DNA of 64,000 nucleotides, taken from assembly GCA_040954595.2 (NCBI GenBank), contig CM082579.2, positions 1,439,908-1,503,907 on the forward strand. The letters run 5' to 3'. Under the pieces are notes generated by a model, which was given only the letters and a program-made list of their open reading frames with translations, did no database searches and had not been told where the DNA came from. How positions within the stretch are numbered: position 1 is the stretch's first letter; each line of letters starts with the position of its first letter. The position numbers and the translations under genes are program-made. The stretch is from Balanoglossus misakiensis (Eukaryota > Animalia > Hemichordata). Of the stretch, positions 1-18,808 are shown one piece after another.

Positions 1-49
1 TATTACTACAAGGTGAAGATGAGATACATGTATGAGTATTTTCTCACAC

Positions 50-5936
<5,887 letters not shown>

Positions 5937-6264
5937 CTTCAGGCCAAATATTTAGAGAAACTCTGAAAATTATAAACACTGACAACGTCGACGCCGGTCA
6001 TTGAAAATATGTCAGCTTAACGCATGCGTACATAACCGATGACGTCTTTTTCTGAAATTGACCTCGCGTGGAAGGACAGGGGTCAAAAGTCACACATGAC
6101 AGCTTGTGATTGGTTGTAAAGTTTCAATGAAAACAACAGATCTGATCAAGTATATGTACACACACCTAACAGATACCGACAGTGTTTTGTCTGTTGTTTT
6201 GCCACAACAGATCGAACAGCAGCTTTCTGAGTTCCTTTTCCAGTAGAATAAAAGGGACACAATA
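5937..6264. promoter_or_regulatory. Bidirectional promoter between KIF3A (-) and the tandem VOC gene (+)
   Basis: The divergent ATGs are 328 bp apart and the region is locally CpG-rich. It contains an NRF1-like palindrome ACGCATGCGT (6020-6029), a CRE-like TGACGTCT (6040-6047) and an inverted CCAAT box ATTGG (6109-6113). Confidence 0.7.
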
Positions 6265-8202
6265 ATGTATAAAGGTGTTTTGGTCGTTCTGGCAGCCGTG
6301 TCGGTGTATTACCTGACGAGACCGCGGCCTCTCCTCAGATATGACATCGTTATCACAGATGGAGATGATCTTGGTGGAAGAAACGCAATATCATGGCCCA
6401 TGTATTATAGTCATGTCGGTTATTCAACAAATCCAAAGACAATCGAACAACACTACGACATGCTGAAGAGTATTTTCATGATGAATGTAAGTTGGTGTAT
6501 ATTAATTTTTCATGATTTCAGTCACGTGGTATGTTTGAAGGTGTGTGTGATTTTCCGTAATTTTGCTTATTTCAACAGGTGGTTGATTATGGAGGTGTAC
6601 ACATTCCACCACCACCGAAATACACACAGTATATAGTGAACCCGACCCTACAGTTAGTTTTGAGGAAGTCATTCTATGCTTTTAGAAAATACATGAGCAG
6701 AACCCCACTGACCTTTCTGACGCGAGATCCCCGGGACCACCACCAGCTTGCCTTGACTCACCACAGACCAGAAAAACTTCAGTTCAATGAGCTCAACTAC
6801 TACGCGTTCCGAGTGGATAGTTTAGAGACGCTTAGGAGGATGTCTAGAATGTTGAAAGTTCATCCGGCAATCAAGAGTGTGAGAGCAATCAACGAGTGTG
6901 ATCTGTGGGCTTTGTATGCAACTGATGACAACAACGATACAATCAAAGTGTACACGGAATCTGGTAAGGAAATTACACAAGGGCTTTCTGCTTTTTGTCT
7001 TGGCAACTGATTTTCTAACTTATTTGATTTCCTTCCCACCTATAAAGGTCATCACGTCCAAGACTTTGTCCAAATGCCTCTGGATCTGAACTCCAAGGAC
7101 ATCAAAGAAGACACCCAGGTGATCTGTTCTACCTTTCCTGGATTTCAGATGAGAAGAGAGTGGCTTCTTTCACTGAGACAGAGACACCCACAGTTTGAGA
7201 GAATTGACCGACCAGGAAAATTCTGGGCAGCTGATCACAGTAATGATCCCTGGCAGAGGAACATCAGTTTCAGCCATATTAGCCTAAAGGTAGAATAAAA
7301 TAACTATATATGTCAGTTGAGCAAACTTGTGTTTACTTTTGGAATAAAAAAGCAAGGTCATGACCTTCCCACTTCTCACCTTTGAACTCAGGTGCATAAC
7401 ATAGATGGCATGGCAAGATTCTACTCCAGAGTGATGGGACTGGCCCAAGTGAAGCAAGGTTACCTAGGCAACAACAGAGCTGTCAGGATGATGAGCAGGG
7501 ATTATCGAACGTTAGAGTTTGTTGAAGGACGACCTGCATCTGAACTCGATTTGGAATTTCCTGTGACCAACCAAGTGTCATTCAGAATGAAGTAAGTCAA
7601 ATTTCACCAGAAATACTGCACCATGATGAAATGAAAAATAAAAAAAAATGTATTTACAAAAAACTGGCTTTGGTTAATTTGACAGCCTTGTACGTATAAT
7701 GTATCCCTACTAATCTCTCTCTCTGTCAAATCAGACTGAATAATCCAAACTCTTCTGATCAAATTAACAGCTCCTTGGAAGATATGAGGAAATTTAGAGA
7801 CCACCTCCAGCATGAGCCTGTTCATTCCTTGTTCTTCGTAACTCATGGCAACTGTTGGTCAATTTACTTTTGTGACCCAGAGAACAACCGTATAGAGATC
7901 TTTGTAGATGGTCCTAATTATGTTAAACAACCGGTGAGTGTGCCTAGCGTGTAATTCTGAAAACAGTGATCACATTCTTCTTTCATTGAACTTTTGACGT
8001 TAGACATCATCAAAATAACCAAGTCAACTATGTGCTTTATGATTTTTCCTTACAGATAATTGAAGAGTATAATATAGATTTATCTGATGATGAACTGAAT
8101 CAGCAGGAATTAGTTGCCTGGCAACACGATCCATCATTTCAATCAACTGAAGAATACTGGATGAAGAATGCAAAACAGTGGGGGTTAACAGAAAAGAAAT
8201 AG
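6265..8202 (+). CDS. Tandem VOC-domain (glyoxalase/bleomycin resistance/extradiol dioxygenase superfamily) protein with N-terminal signal peptide/anchor, 452 aa
   Basis: Exons 6265-6486, 6579-6963, 7048-7289, 7392-7591, 7771-7933 and 8056-8202 are all GT-AG and phase-compatible, totalling 1359 nt. Domain 2 reads FSHISLKVHNIDGMARFYSRVMGL...NQVSFRMNSLEDMR...THGNCWSIYFCDPENNRIEIFVD, which are classic VOC motifs. Domain 1 is an internal paralogue (SHVGY...FLTRDPRDHHQLAL...NYYAFRVDSLETLR...WALYATDDNNDTIKVY). AATAAA at 8316-8321. Confidence 0.88.
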
Positions 8203-8704
8203 ATGAAAACTAATTTTTTTTGTATAACAAGCAGGGAAAGGGAAGATCATGATAACCTTTTAAATTTGTTGATGAAACTTGTACTACAGTTTTTTGACAA
8301 TTGCATATTTTTCGTAATAAATAGCAGATATTTACAAGAAATTGGAGAAATATATGTTTCTGACTTGACTATCTTATTTCTGAAAGTACATGTATATCGG
8401 AAGGAATCGATCACTCTGTATGTTGAAAGGCCATACCAGCTTTTGAAAAAAAAGATAGATAAATCGTTTATGCCGTTGGTGGCGCGCGTCCGTTGCATTT
8501 CCGGGTTGATCGAACTTTCCCACTGCAGTGGTCTCTGTACTGTATGCAGAATCAACGTTACATAGATTTTATACAGAGCCTACTAATTTACAAATCGTTG
8601 GACTGTTACTGTGTGGTGATAAAAACGGCGTACTGGTGTTTAGATGGTGAGACAATTATACGAGTTAGAGAGAATACCACTAAAAACTCGTCCGTATGCA
8701 TGAC

Positions 8705-8776
8705 TCCCTAGTGGTCTAGTGGCTAGGATATGTGGCTTTCACCCACAAGGCCCGGGTTCGATTCCCGGCTAGGGAA
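8705..8776 (+). tRNA. trnE-TTC: tRNA-Glu (anticodon TTC)
   Basis: 72 nt with acceptor stem TCCCTAG/CTAGGGA, A box TGGTCTAGTGG, anticodon arm TGTGG-CTTTCAC-CCACA and B box GGTTCGATTCC. An oligo-T Pol III terminator follows a few nt downstream. Confidence 0.95.
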
Positions 8777-8782
8777 CTCATA

Positions 8783-8790
8783 TTTTTTTT
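8783..8790 (+). terminator. RNA polymerase III terminator (T-run) for tRNA-Glu
   Basis: A run of 8 T starts 7 nt after the tRNA 3' end. Confidence 0.8.
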
Positions 8791-11700
8791 CTTTCCGTAC
8801 GGTTATTTCTCGAATCAAATGTCTTTTAATACTTTGCTTTACGTTGAAGTTTTTTTGCTAATTTTTATTTACTGCTTTAGAGTGAAAAAAAAATAGAACT
8901 GAATAAAATGATGCTGCAGTTTTCATTGTCGATTTTGTGACGCGGTTGAGATCAAAGGGAGCTTCGAAAACGTGTCTCGATCAAGCAGGTGGGAGAAACA
9001 GCGGACATGCGTCACGGGTTATATTTATACTCAGTGGAAAAACGCTTGAAATGTAGAAAAGGCCGCTATCAACTGAAAAAATCTCAATCCTCGTAATGTT
9101 AAAGACGCACTTTAGCAATATTAATCGATGCCAGAAGTGTCATAAAGAAGTTCGTTGTAGAGTCCCTTTAGGAAGTTAGAAACGATCTGCGTATAAGTTA
9201 ATACAGTTCTATTTCCCTGGTAACGATTCTACAGTGCTTGGCGACAGTGGTGATACTTTCATTTCCTTTTCAAGAAAAACAAAACCCCTGGCAGCTGAAC
9301 GTTCGGAAATTAAAGATGTTAATACAAAGATGCCAACTGAAAGCAAAGTGACTCGACGCTGACATGTTATTTTTTTAGGCCAAGCGCATAAAACTTTGCG
9401 TTTCCGGTAACGTTTTAGAGCTAAATGGATATGAGAACTGAATTCAACTGAAACAAATTGCAAAGTCAAACGGTATCCAGAAAGTGAGGTTAGTGGTCTA
9501 CTACAATGGTAGCTCTATAACCACGCTGATGAGTGTTTGAAATATAGCCGAAGAACGCCCCCCATCGACAGCTCTCACTGTCACCACCGCGCCCCAGGTG
9601 ATCAGGTGAAGCTAGGATCAACGACCATACACCAGGTGTTTTGCGATGATCACCGATGAGCACGTGATAAGGACATGAAACGTCTATCAACTGACATATA
9701 AAAATGACGAGGTACACCAGAACATGATAGCATCATCGCTGGGCGAAACAGGAAACCAAGAAAGTACAGTGGCATACGTACAGGTGCGTACGTCAGATTT
9801 CATCTCTCCGTATCCTTTATAGTGACACTGTGCAGATGAAAACTCAAACTGCCGACCCCAATGACATTAAAACAAAAGCAATTTTCTGACTTCAGATTTC
9901 ATCCTGGATGGATGGACAAGGTATTTTTGTTTGAGTTGGGGACAACAGACAGAGGCAAATTGGCCGAGACTCTTGTCTCAGACTGACTGACAGATGATTA
10001 CTAGAGACTAGAAACTCCGCCGACGTCGAACTTCTTGTCGGATATGATATAAGCATTAATTGAGAACCGCGTTTATTTATTAACAGCGGAGAAACAACAT
10101 GAGGCAAGAGAATTACTGACTTTCGGAATAGTTAAGCTCCAGGGGAAGTGATAAGATTTCTTTTCATCGTGGAAGACTTTTTACTGCAACGAGACAACGA
10201 GATGATTTCATTCGATGGTTGAAATGGGAAAGTGCGATCTATGGTTTCCCCGGAGAACTAATTTTCTTGACTTTCTCTTTCGCAGAAACAGCCGACCAGC
10301 GTCCTGCCCTTTCCCTACCGTACATATGCCCACTCTTTTTGAAATTCGATAATTTCAAAGTCCTCTGAAAGTAATATCATATAATTACGATGGGACTGAT
10401 TGGGCAGGTGGAGTCCTCTGGAGTGTCAAGTTACACAAAGTTCAGAGCTTTGAGGAACTGAGATAATAATGATGGACACTACTACTTTGAGAAGGGTCAT
10501 TGTTCGCACTGGGGTAAGAGTTTGGTGGAAATGGCACAGAATGTAAAAGTTAGGGTCTTAGAGGAACCATTCCACACCACACGATACCACACTGCGCAGC
10601 AGTATCGAACGTTTTGGGAAGATAGGGTTGACAGCAAAACAGCTATGTGTAGGCAACGACAAAGGTTGTACAGGTCTAGCAAATGGACATCATTGTAATC
10701 GCAATATTATGCAAGTCTTTAGTTTTAAGACTCCTTATGAATAGTACGACGACACCTTGTTCTGTGAATGCAGGGTATTGACACGGAGTTGTCGCCTCCA
10801 TGGCGCCTGGATTTTTGTTTTAAAATCTTACCACGTCTGCTTTAATACTGTGAGGGCAAGGTCGGTAAATATGAATATTTTTTTAATCGTGAAAGTGTCG
10901 CCAGGAGACATTTTTGTTTCCAAAGTTACTGCAAAAACTATACTTGTAAACAAGCGTGTTTTATCTTTGCAATCGCGGTGAAGTATCATAGAATGCGTTT
11001 TATGTAAATGCTCGTAATACGGAATATATTAATTTGCCTTAACGTAAACAATCATCCTTAATTTACATGTGCCCATATATGATGAAAAGAGCATGTCTAA
11101 GTATTATGCAGAGTACACTAGGGTCTATGCTAGGACCTAAACCATATAGACGATTTTTTTTTCAACACAGCTGTTAGAGCATCACAGTATAAAGAAGCCA
11201 GGGCGGGACACACAAACAGTACAGTGTGATGTTTTACTGTGTGTCCACTGCATGGACAGAAGAGCATGCCCTCGATCTATCATCACTGCCGCGTGTCTAA
11301 GACACATTGCCATAGTTACGGATTAATGACATTCATCTTAACAGTCATGCATCGGCAGGATAATGTTCAGATAAGCTTTATAGCCTTGGCAGCTGTATCT
11401 TTTCACAGAATTTATGATTTAAGTACAAATGTAAGTGGAGCTCATGTTCTCTCTCACCAAGATCTTCGCATCTGCTTGTAAAAAACTTACAACACGATTC
11501 TTCGTAAACTGATTGTGTCCGATTTGCATGTATATCCAAACTGAAGGTTTCATTAGGCATAACATGCATTTGCTTTAAGGTTTACCCGACTACACAAAAT
11601 TACAAAAATTGCTTTGTCTTATAAATTTGACTTCGGTTTGCGGAGATTACATCAAGCTTTGTTAAACAGCCTGTTGCAGAAATAAACTTGTATATTTTAC

Positions 11701-11949
11701 ATCGGAATGATGAGCGGCGTCTTTGTAGAATTATAAGTCATTGTCTAGCTCGACAAGACTAATGAATGTTTGACTGCATCCGAGTTCGTTCAAAAGAAAA
11801 CGTTATCTCAACTGAGACCAGTTCTGTCTTATGATGAAAAAAATTCATCTCTGTATTGTAATCGAATATGGCATCGGCGCATGCAAGATGTAATCACCCT
11901 CTAAGACACATTTTGTCGTTTGTCACACTCGGTTGACGACTTTGCTGAT

Positions 11950-12203
11950 TCGACGAACTGGTTTCCCAGTTGAACCCAGCCCGCATGCGCATCAATTCAT
12001 GCCCTGTCGCGTCTCGAGCCGCGAGGCACTCACTGTGACCATTCGAGAAAAAGTGCTGCGACGGACTCCTGCAAGGACAGTCGCTACTGCAGGGCGTAGA
12101 GTCAACTGGACAGAGCTTGTGCCGATCAGCAATCAAAAGCTCGATTTCATACACGGATGGTATCACAACCGGCTTTGGACGCACCTGGATAGAAGTTGTG
12201 AGT
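11950..12203 (+). promoter_or_regulatory. Candidate promoter plus non-coding first exon ending at a GTGAGT donor
   Basis: GC/CpG-rich patch with an NRF1-like CGCATGCGCA (11982-11991), an 11-codon uORF (12157-12192) and donor GTGAGT (12198-12203), followed by an abrupt return to AT-rich sequence. Confidence 0.35.
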
Positions 12204-14772
12204 CTTCTCTATTTTCTTTAATATGTCGATGACTATGTTCTAACATAGATAGCTTTAGGCCTATATGACTTCTCACTAATTTGACGGCCACGGTACTTAG
12301 ACATGAATTTCTATTGGGAAAAAGTTTGATGCTAACAGGGATTTCACGTTCAGATCGGGCTGTGTTAAATGTAGTCCCCCTGCCAAGGGTTACATAAACT
12401 TAACAGTTATTCGTTAATTTTTCAGTTAAAAAGAGGTAGTTTTTAAATAGCGTCAAGGTAGCGTACAATTACAGCATAACGACATAAGAAAAACTTCCAT
12501 GTTCTTGAAAACGTAGGACATAAAATCAAACGGCATTTTACAGTGGAAATTAAGTAAATATTAAGAAATCTAATGGACGAGTGACTGGAGATGTAATTCT
12601 CTTGTCGTCGTAATCTTGCGAACCCTTTCAAAATACTGACACACGAAGACAAACATGAAGCCTCTGTCCTAATGGTTCTTTCTGTGAAATGGTAAAAGCC
12701 ATATGCATACACACAATGAAATGTACAATTTCATTCTCTTGGATAGTTCGGGAATACGAACTGTCATGAAAATTAACCATTTCCATTTTTATTCCAGTGA
12801 GGCTTACAGCCAGCACCTTCATCGCATCAATAATTTGATTAAACGACTTATAATTGGTCGTACGTCCTCTTTTGTTCGCTAATTCACGGACAAATTAAAA
12901 GTAACGCTTTTTCATTTACAATGCACGCTTGATGTATTTATTAATTACTTCTCCACGCATGCAGCTGCTTGTGCGAGAGTGGTTTAGGGTTTAAATTCAG
13001 AATATACTGAAATGAAGTCACCGACAGCTCATCTTTATCCACTCAGAAATCCAACAGAAGACTTGATAATTCAGCGCTTGAGTCGTGAGTACTTGTGGCA
13101 GTAATTATAATTGCCATTACACGAATGATTAAATGTCAGACGTCAATATTGACTAAATGTAAAATTAACTATCGAGCCAATTACGAAATATGTTTCAGTT
13201 TCTCGATTGCCCCACAGAGAGAGAGGGGAGGGAGAGAGAGAGAGGGGGGGAGGGTTATGATCGGTGCTGTTGGTATTCTATTGCCTCGTTTTCGCGTCGT
13301 AAAAATAGAAGTGAATCTTGTGTGACGCGATGATGATGAGGTTAGCACTCTCTTTCCGACATACACAAGTCAAAGAAGCTCACAAAATTTAATGAACCGT
13401 ATATTCTGAGGACCTTGGTGATACGAAAGAAGTTGTTACTATTTGTAAATTCCTTGATCATTGCCCAAACAGTTCAATTAGAACCAGACAATTGAAAGAT
13501 TGGTTTGCCTCGAGCTTCGGCAATTATATAAATTGGATCGTATTGTTCAGACTGATGGGCCGTATGTAAACACATTTACCTTTTAATTTGCACGTTTGAA
13601 GGTACGTACACGGCAAGTTCACTTAGAGGTAATTGGAAGCAGAAGATCAACCCCACTCCATACTGAAAGTTGAATAATTTGACGTGATATTATATTACAT
13701 GCAAAAGATGTAACCAATTGAAAGAATAAATCAGACAATCACGATGTTTTAGTCGGAAGATGCCTAGTCGGCGGAAAGACGAAAAGCAAGGGCGTGATCA
13801 AGTCACGATGACGTGTTCCCCCGAGGAAAGCCGTCAGTTACCGCGCAACTAATGACAGATTGATCCATCATAAGATTCTGATACAGTTGTGAACGTGTGC
13901 TCAAAGCACACCTCAGTCTTCGACTGTGTTTAACTTCGGTGGAGATAAAATCTACCGCCGAAATGTCGAAGTAGATCACAGTAATGATACGTGTCTGCAT
14001 TTTTCCAGGGGGTCAATTCAGATAACCGCCTTCATTGCATCCATTCCCAGGCCGGGATTTTGACCTTCACTCCCTGCACGGAAACCACCCCTCTCACAGT
14101 ACAACGAGAAAGAAATTGCCCAATTATTACCTGAAGGGAATTATTCTCATTTGGATAATACTCTACTCAACAATCTGTCGTGTAATGCGACCACTGGCGT
14201 CCTGGTGGATCGATCGAATCGAAAATGATAGACTTGTTTGAAGGATTCAGTAAGTCCGTAAATTGCCGGGAAGTTGTGCTGCATAGTGTATAATATGGGA
14301 ATTTTATTTAAACGACTATCAATTTTTCATACCAGGATGTATAATTTTGTTCTGACAGTATAATAGTAGAGTGAAAAACGCCATATTAGATTTTCGGTGA
14401 AACTAAACACGCTACAAAATCAGACTTCAAGGAGCAATTTATTTAAATATAGTGACATCTTTGTACGCCAGCGGATAAGCCTCTATTAGAAGAATCGACA
14501 TATGTCCAAGAAGTACAATCTTCTCTACAAACACGATAACCAGACTGATGCGCGCGTAGGGGGAACAAAATGAGAAAAGTACTAGTATATCAGCTAATCA
14601 AAAATTCATTGATGTTACCATTACTGACATATCACCATCAATCATTTCTTAATCGGATGAACGAATAAAATTATTTTGATATTTCTATATTGAACATTGT
14701 CAGTTGAACCGTGCACAAGATAATCCGCAAAACAACAAGGCTCAGATAATTATCATTTACCTCCATACCCTA

Positions 14773-14798
14773 CTGTCTGTCTGTCTGTCTGTCTGTCT
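14773..14798. repeat. (CTGT)n microsatellite
   Basis: About 6 tandem CTGT units. Confidence 0.85.
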
Positions 14799-17700
14799 GG
14801 TTCAACTTCAGGGCATACTTATTCTGTGTTAATCAATGGTTTTGACACTTGGGGAGAATGCCTTCATTGAATCTTAAACACTTAAATAGAACAGGGAAAT
14901 TTGTATCTCTTGGATGAATGATACCTCAATAAAAAGGTCATTTTGCTTTTAAATTATGCATAGGCTTTTTTTTCTTGCATGGTAATGTCACCACTGACCT
15001 TTGACCTTCATAAATTTTCATGAAGTATAACGATCACCCCGTGACCCGATTTTAGAAAACATAGGCCCTATCTGTCTACAGAGACATGATGGCCTCTTGT
15101 ACATTCACTCTCAGATTTGTACAATCAAACTTCTTTCTTTCCTCAAACCTTTTTAGAGTAATCCCAACTGCCCTTCATGAACCGCTGGAATTGAGTTCAC
15201 AGCGCATAAGCGAACTTCAAAATATTGGCAGATAATTTTCCAAGGGAGCTAGTGTATAATTATGTTGTACGATTATTTAAATTCTTCAACACAATTCTTT
15301 AATCATTTAGTTCATGATCAGCGCGTAGTACAGTAGTTTGTGTTTCCTGTTCTATCACTCTTGTGATAGGGTATATGGTCTAAGACATGTAGACTGAATC
15401 TCGTTTTGGCGCCGGTTCGCCCTAACAAGAACTCCTTTGGCTTGGTTCCGATTTTGTCTGCACTTGTTGAACCAATCGTCTCTTAATTACCGTCTCGATA
15501 AACCCTGCATCTGAAGCTAAACTAGACACTGCCTTTAGTGAGTTAGGGTCGTTAAAGTGATGGTTCCACGATTCCTAGCCCATTTCAACACACACTCACT
15601 TTTATTTCTGTTTCGTCTTCAAAAATTGAAATCACTTGTACCACAACTACCTGCACTTGTTATCATAGCCGGCGATGACTGGCTTGTAAATGAGGAGAAC
15701 ATTTCGCGTGTATTCTTCTAGACGAAATTTGGGGATACGCGAAGCCAAACGTGGGGTGAAATTCACATTTTATTCTATTTTGTACGTCTATAGTTTTGTA
15801 GACTTGCTGGAAATTGCAACGACAAGCAATCGGTCCTTTGTCTGTCTTCCGATTCGATGTTTTTGATTCATAGATACATGCAACATAAAACCAGTGATAA
15901 GATGAGCGGAAGGATTGACAAAATCATATCACTGGTTTGGGACTCCCCAACTTTCATTGTAAAGTCACTGGGGAGAAATAAGGCACACCTCGCCACTTTC
16001 CTGTACACAGCAACGATCAGATACGGTTTGGTCAGATACGATCCACAGCATATCGCGATTCTGTTCGTTAGTACTTAACCTTTTCGTCTTATATAATCAT
16101 TTCATATCGCGCAAAACAAATGCATGTATTTCAGATGGTCCAAACGTTACCTCACATGGGGTGACGAGGTTGTTACATGACCTTGATGGTGGTGTAGTGG
16201 TACCATAGAATGGTCGCTTCAGTGAAGCCCACAACCGATGCGTTCATGGGCCATCAAAGCAAATTGAGCCCCTTGTTGTCAAGCCATAAGCGATTTTCAA
16301 TGTGGGATAACATCAGAGAATAGCGGCAAATGCCAGCATAAATCTTGTCCTTATCTCAAAGCTCTGACGTAAAAGTTACAAAATATCCTTCCGCATAAAT
16401 GAGATCTTGTCAAACCACAGTCACCTATCAAAGATGAGAGCAACAGCGTCACTGAAATATCATTCTCGTACTCCATAAAACCTCATTCAAAGCTAGATTT
16501 ATTGCCGGGTCATCCAAGCATTCCCCCTCTATAACATTTGCACATCAGTTGACGGCCACACAGAGCACATTACAGTACAGGCAGAAGACGAGCATACTAC
16601 CCATTTCATTTTTAGACAAAAAACAAAGTCGATCAACTCTCGACGTCAGGTTTATCCCTTGCATCAGCCCTTACTCCTACGAGAGAAATCGGATAAACAT
16701 TTCATGATGCATCGATGAACCTTCACTGCAGCAGCTGCCGTGTTATCTTAAAATCGCACTACTTCCGCTATAACACCGGGGGACTCAGTTTACAGCCAGA
16801 AACACTGAGCAATAATTGTAAAGTTCCTCATCGTTTTCGTAGGTAAATTCGACAGGAAATTAGTTTATCGTCTTTGCTGCACACAATTTTCCTAAAGTAT
16901 TAAAGTATCTCGCAGTATATACTTCGAGGGAAATTATTAAAAGTTCATATTTTTCTTATAGCCCCGTGAGCTTCCATGTATAGCATATTTTTAACGATAA
17001 GGAGTAGGAGTCCCAGGGATAGATTGAATCGTGCCATTCACATTCACATTCCAGTTGACGTTCGTATATTTGTGTATTCAGAGAAAAGTTCTGAATGCTT
17101 GGATTGATTTGGTTTCCGTGCTATCGTTCGCATTCAATGTATTGCTAGACACTGCCAATTAGGTTTGCAATATTCCCTGGAGAAGAGAAGGACACGCACT
17201 CAGAAGACAGACTTAAAATGCCCATGACGTCATCGTCGACTTCTTACATTGCGATACTAGGGTAACTAATGCCGACACTTGGCATATCATTCGAGAGGAG
17301 AGGGGAGGTTCACAAACTAGACATCCTTTACATGCATGTGATTACATCTCTGGCTATTCTAGACATCTGATCAGCTTAATGTACGGTTATCGCGCAAGTA
17401 TCGATGACGCTCACATCAACAGGATGGCTGATTCGCGTACATGACGATGAATGCATTTTATATTTTGTAGGCAACTCTTAAAACGGCGTCTCGTTAAATT
17501 TCTGATCCTAATGACCGATTAGACTTCTTCATAAGCACACATACAAGTTACTTATTACCTATGTGAATTGAAAATATACAGAGGGCAATGGTCGAAGTAA
17601 TTTAATCGGCGGCAGTTATGGTAATGACATACGGATGAGGAAATAATCTATTTGTACTTTTGGCATGAAGTAAAAACGTAATTCCAATGTGGGTATAGGC

Positions 17701-18808
17701 CTACATTAGAAATTAGCATGCGCATTGCAGGGACTATGACTAAAAAAGACAACCAAATTATTGAACAATCAGCATAAACTTCATCCGTACACAAACTAAA
17801 CATTCAGAAACACATCAGGAAAAATTGAAATAGTAAAGTCTTCGCTGGCGTGTGAAATCGGGTTGAAATGTAATCAAAATGCAAAATTGAGTTTGTTTAG
17901 TTTCAAGTTTCCAAGTCGTTGTTTTTTATGTATTGCCATGATCTTTACAGCTTTAAACGAACCTGAAATATTGGAAAGTAATTTGGATTTCTCATAAACT
18001 GGGATTAGATTAAAAGTAGCAGCTTTTTGGAAAACATTTCTTCGTTTGGTTTATACTCTACGTTAATTATGCAGCGATATGTGTTGATCTAAGGTCTTTG
18101 GAAGTTGAATTTTTCTGTCGTCTGCTGGACAGGAGTACATATACCTATTCGAAATTGAGGGTAAACACAATAAAGTTTCCATCAGGAATTGAATTTGGCT
18201 TCTGTTCAAAATATCAGAAAATTGATGAAGATGGGAGAATGGTAATTTAATCTCTGTTTGCGTGTGGCGGTTTCCGCATGGGATTGTCACTTAACGAACG
18301 ACTTTATCAAAAACTATATTTTTTATATAATTGTATTACCTTTATTAAGCTATCAACCTTGGTCACATATTAATAATTCACATAGCGTTAGCTACAAAAC
18401 CACGTATTATTTAATGTCAATTGTAATTAATGTCCTTGCTATTTAAAATGCTTATCAAATGTTAAGGAATCGCTATTAAACACAACGTCATAAATTAGAA
18501 TCAGCGAGGAATACTGTTGCTTCGATGTTGAAATTCTCTGAGTATGATCGCAGGCTGTAAAATATACTGACCTGTGTTGGGATGTCAGTCTTAAGCAAGT
18601 GGTTTAGATTATTAGTATGGACAACACGATGTCATACTGACAGATGCATGACGAGCAGAAATAACAGAGGAATTGATACTCTTTCACTTTCCACAGATGA
18701 TTGCACAATGCTCATGCAGGAGATGATGCTATGAACTAAGGTATTTGGAAGTAGGTTCACACTAGTCTAAGTAAAACCATAGACCCTAGGCTTTTTTGTG
18801 TTTGCACA

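Noticed and set aside
11118-18789. 12-bp inverted match CTAGGGTCTATG / CATAGACCCTAG
   Set aside because: Too short to be significant in 64 kb, with no target-site duplication or internal element structure.
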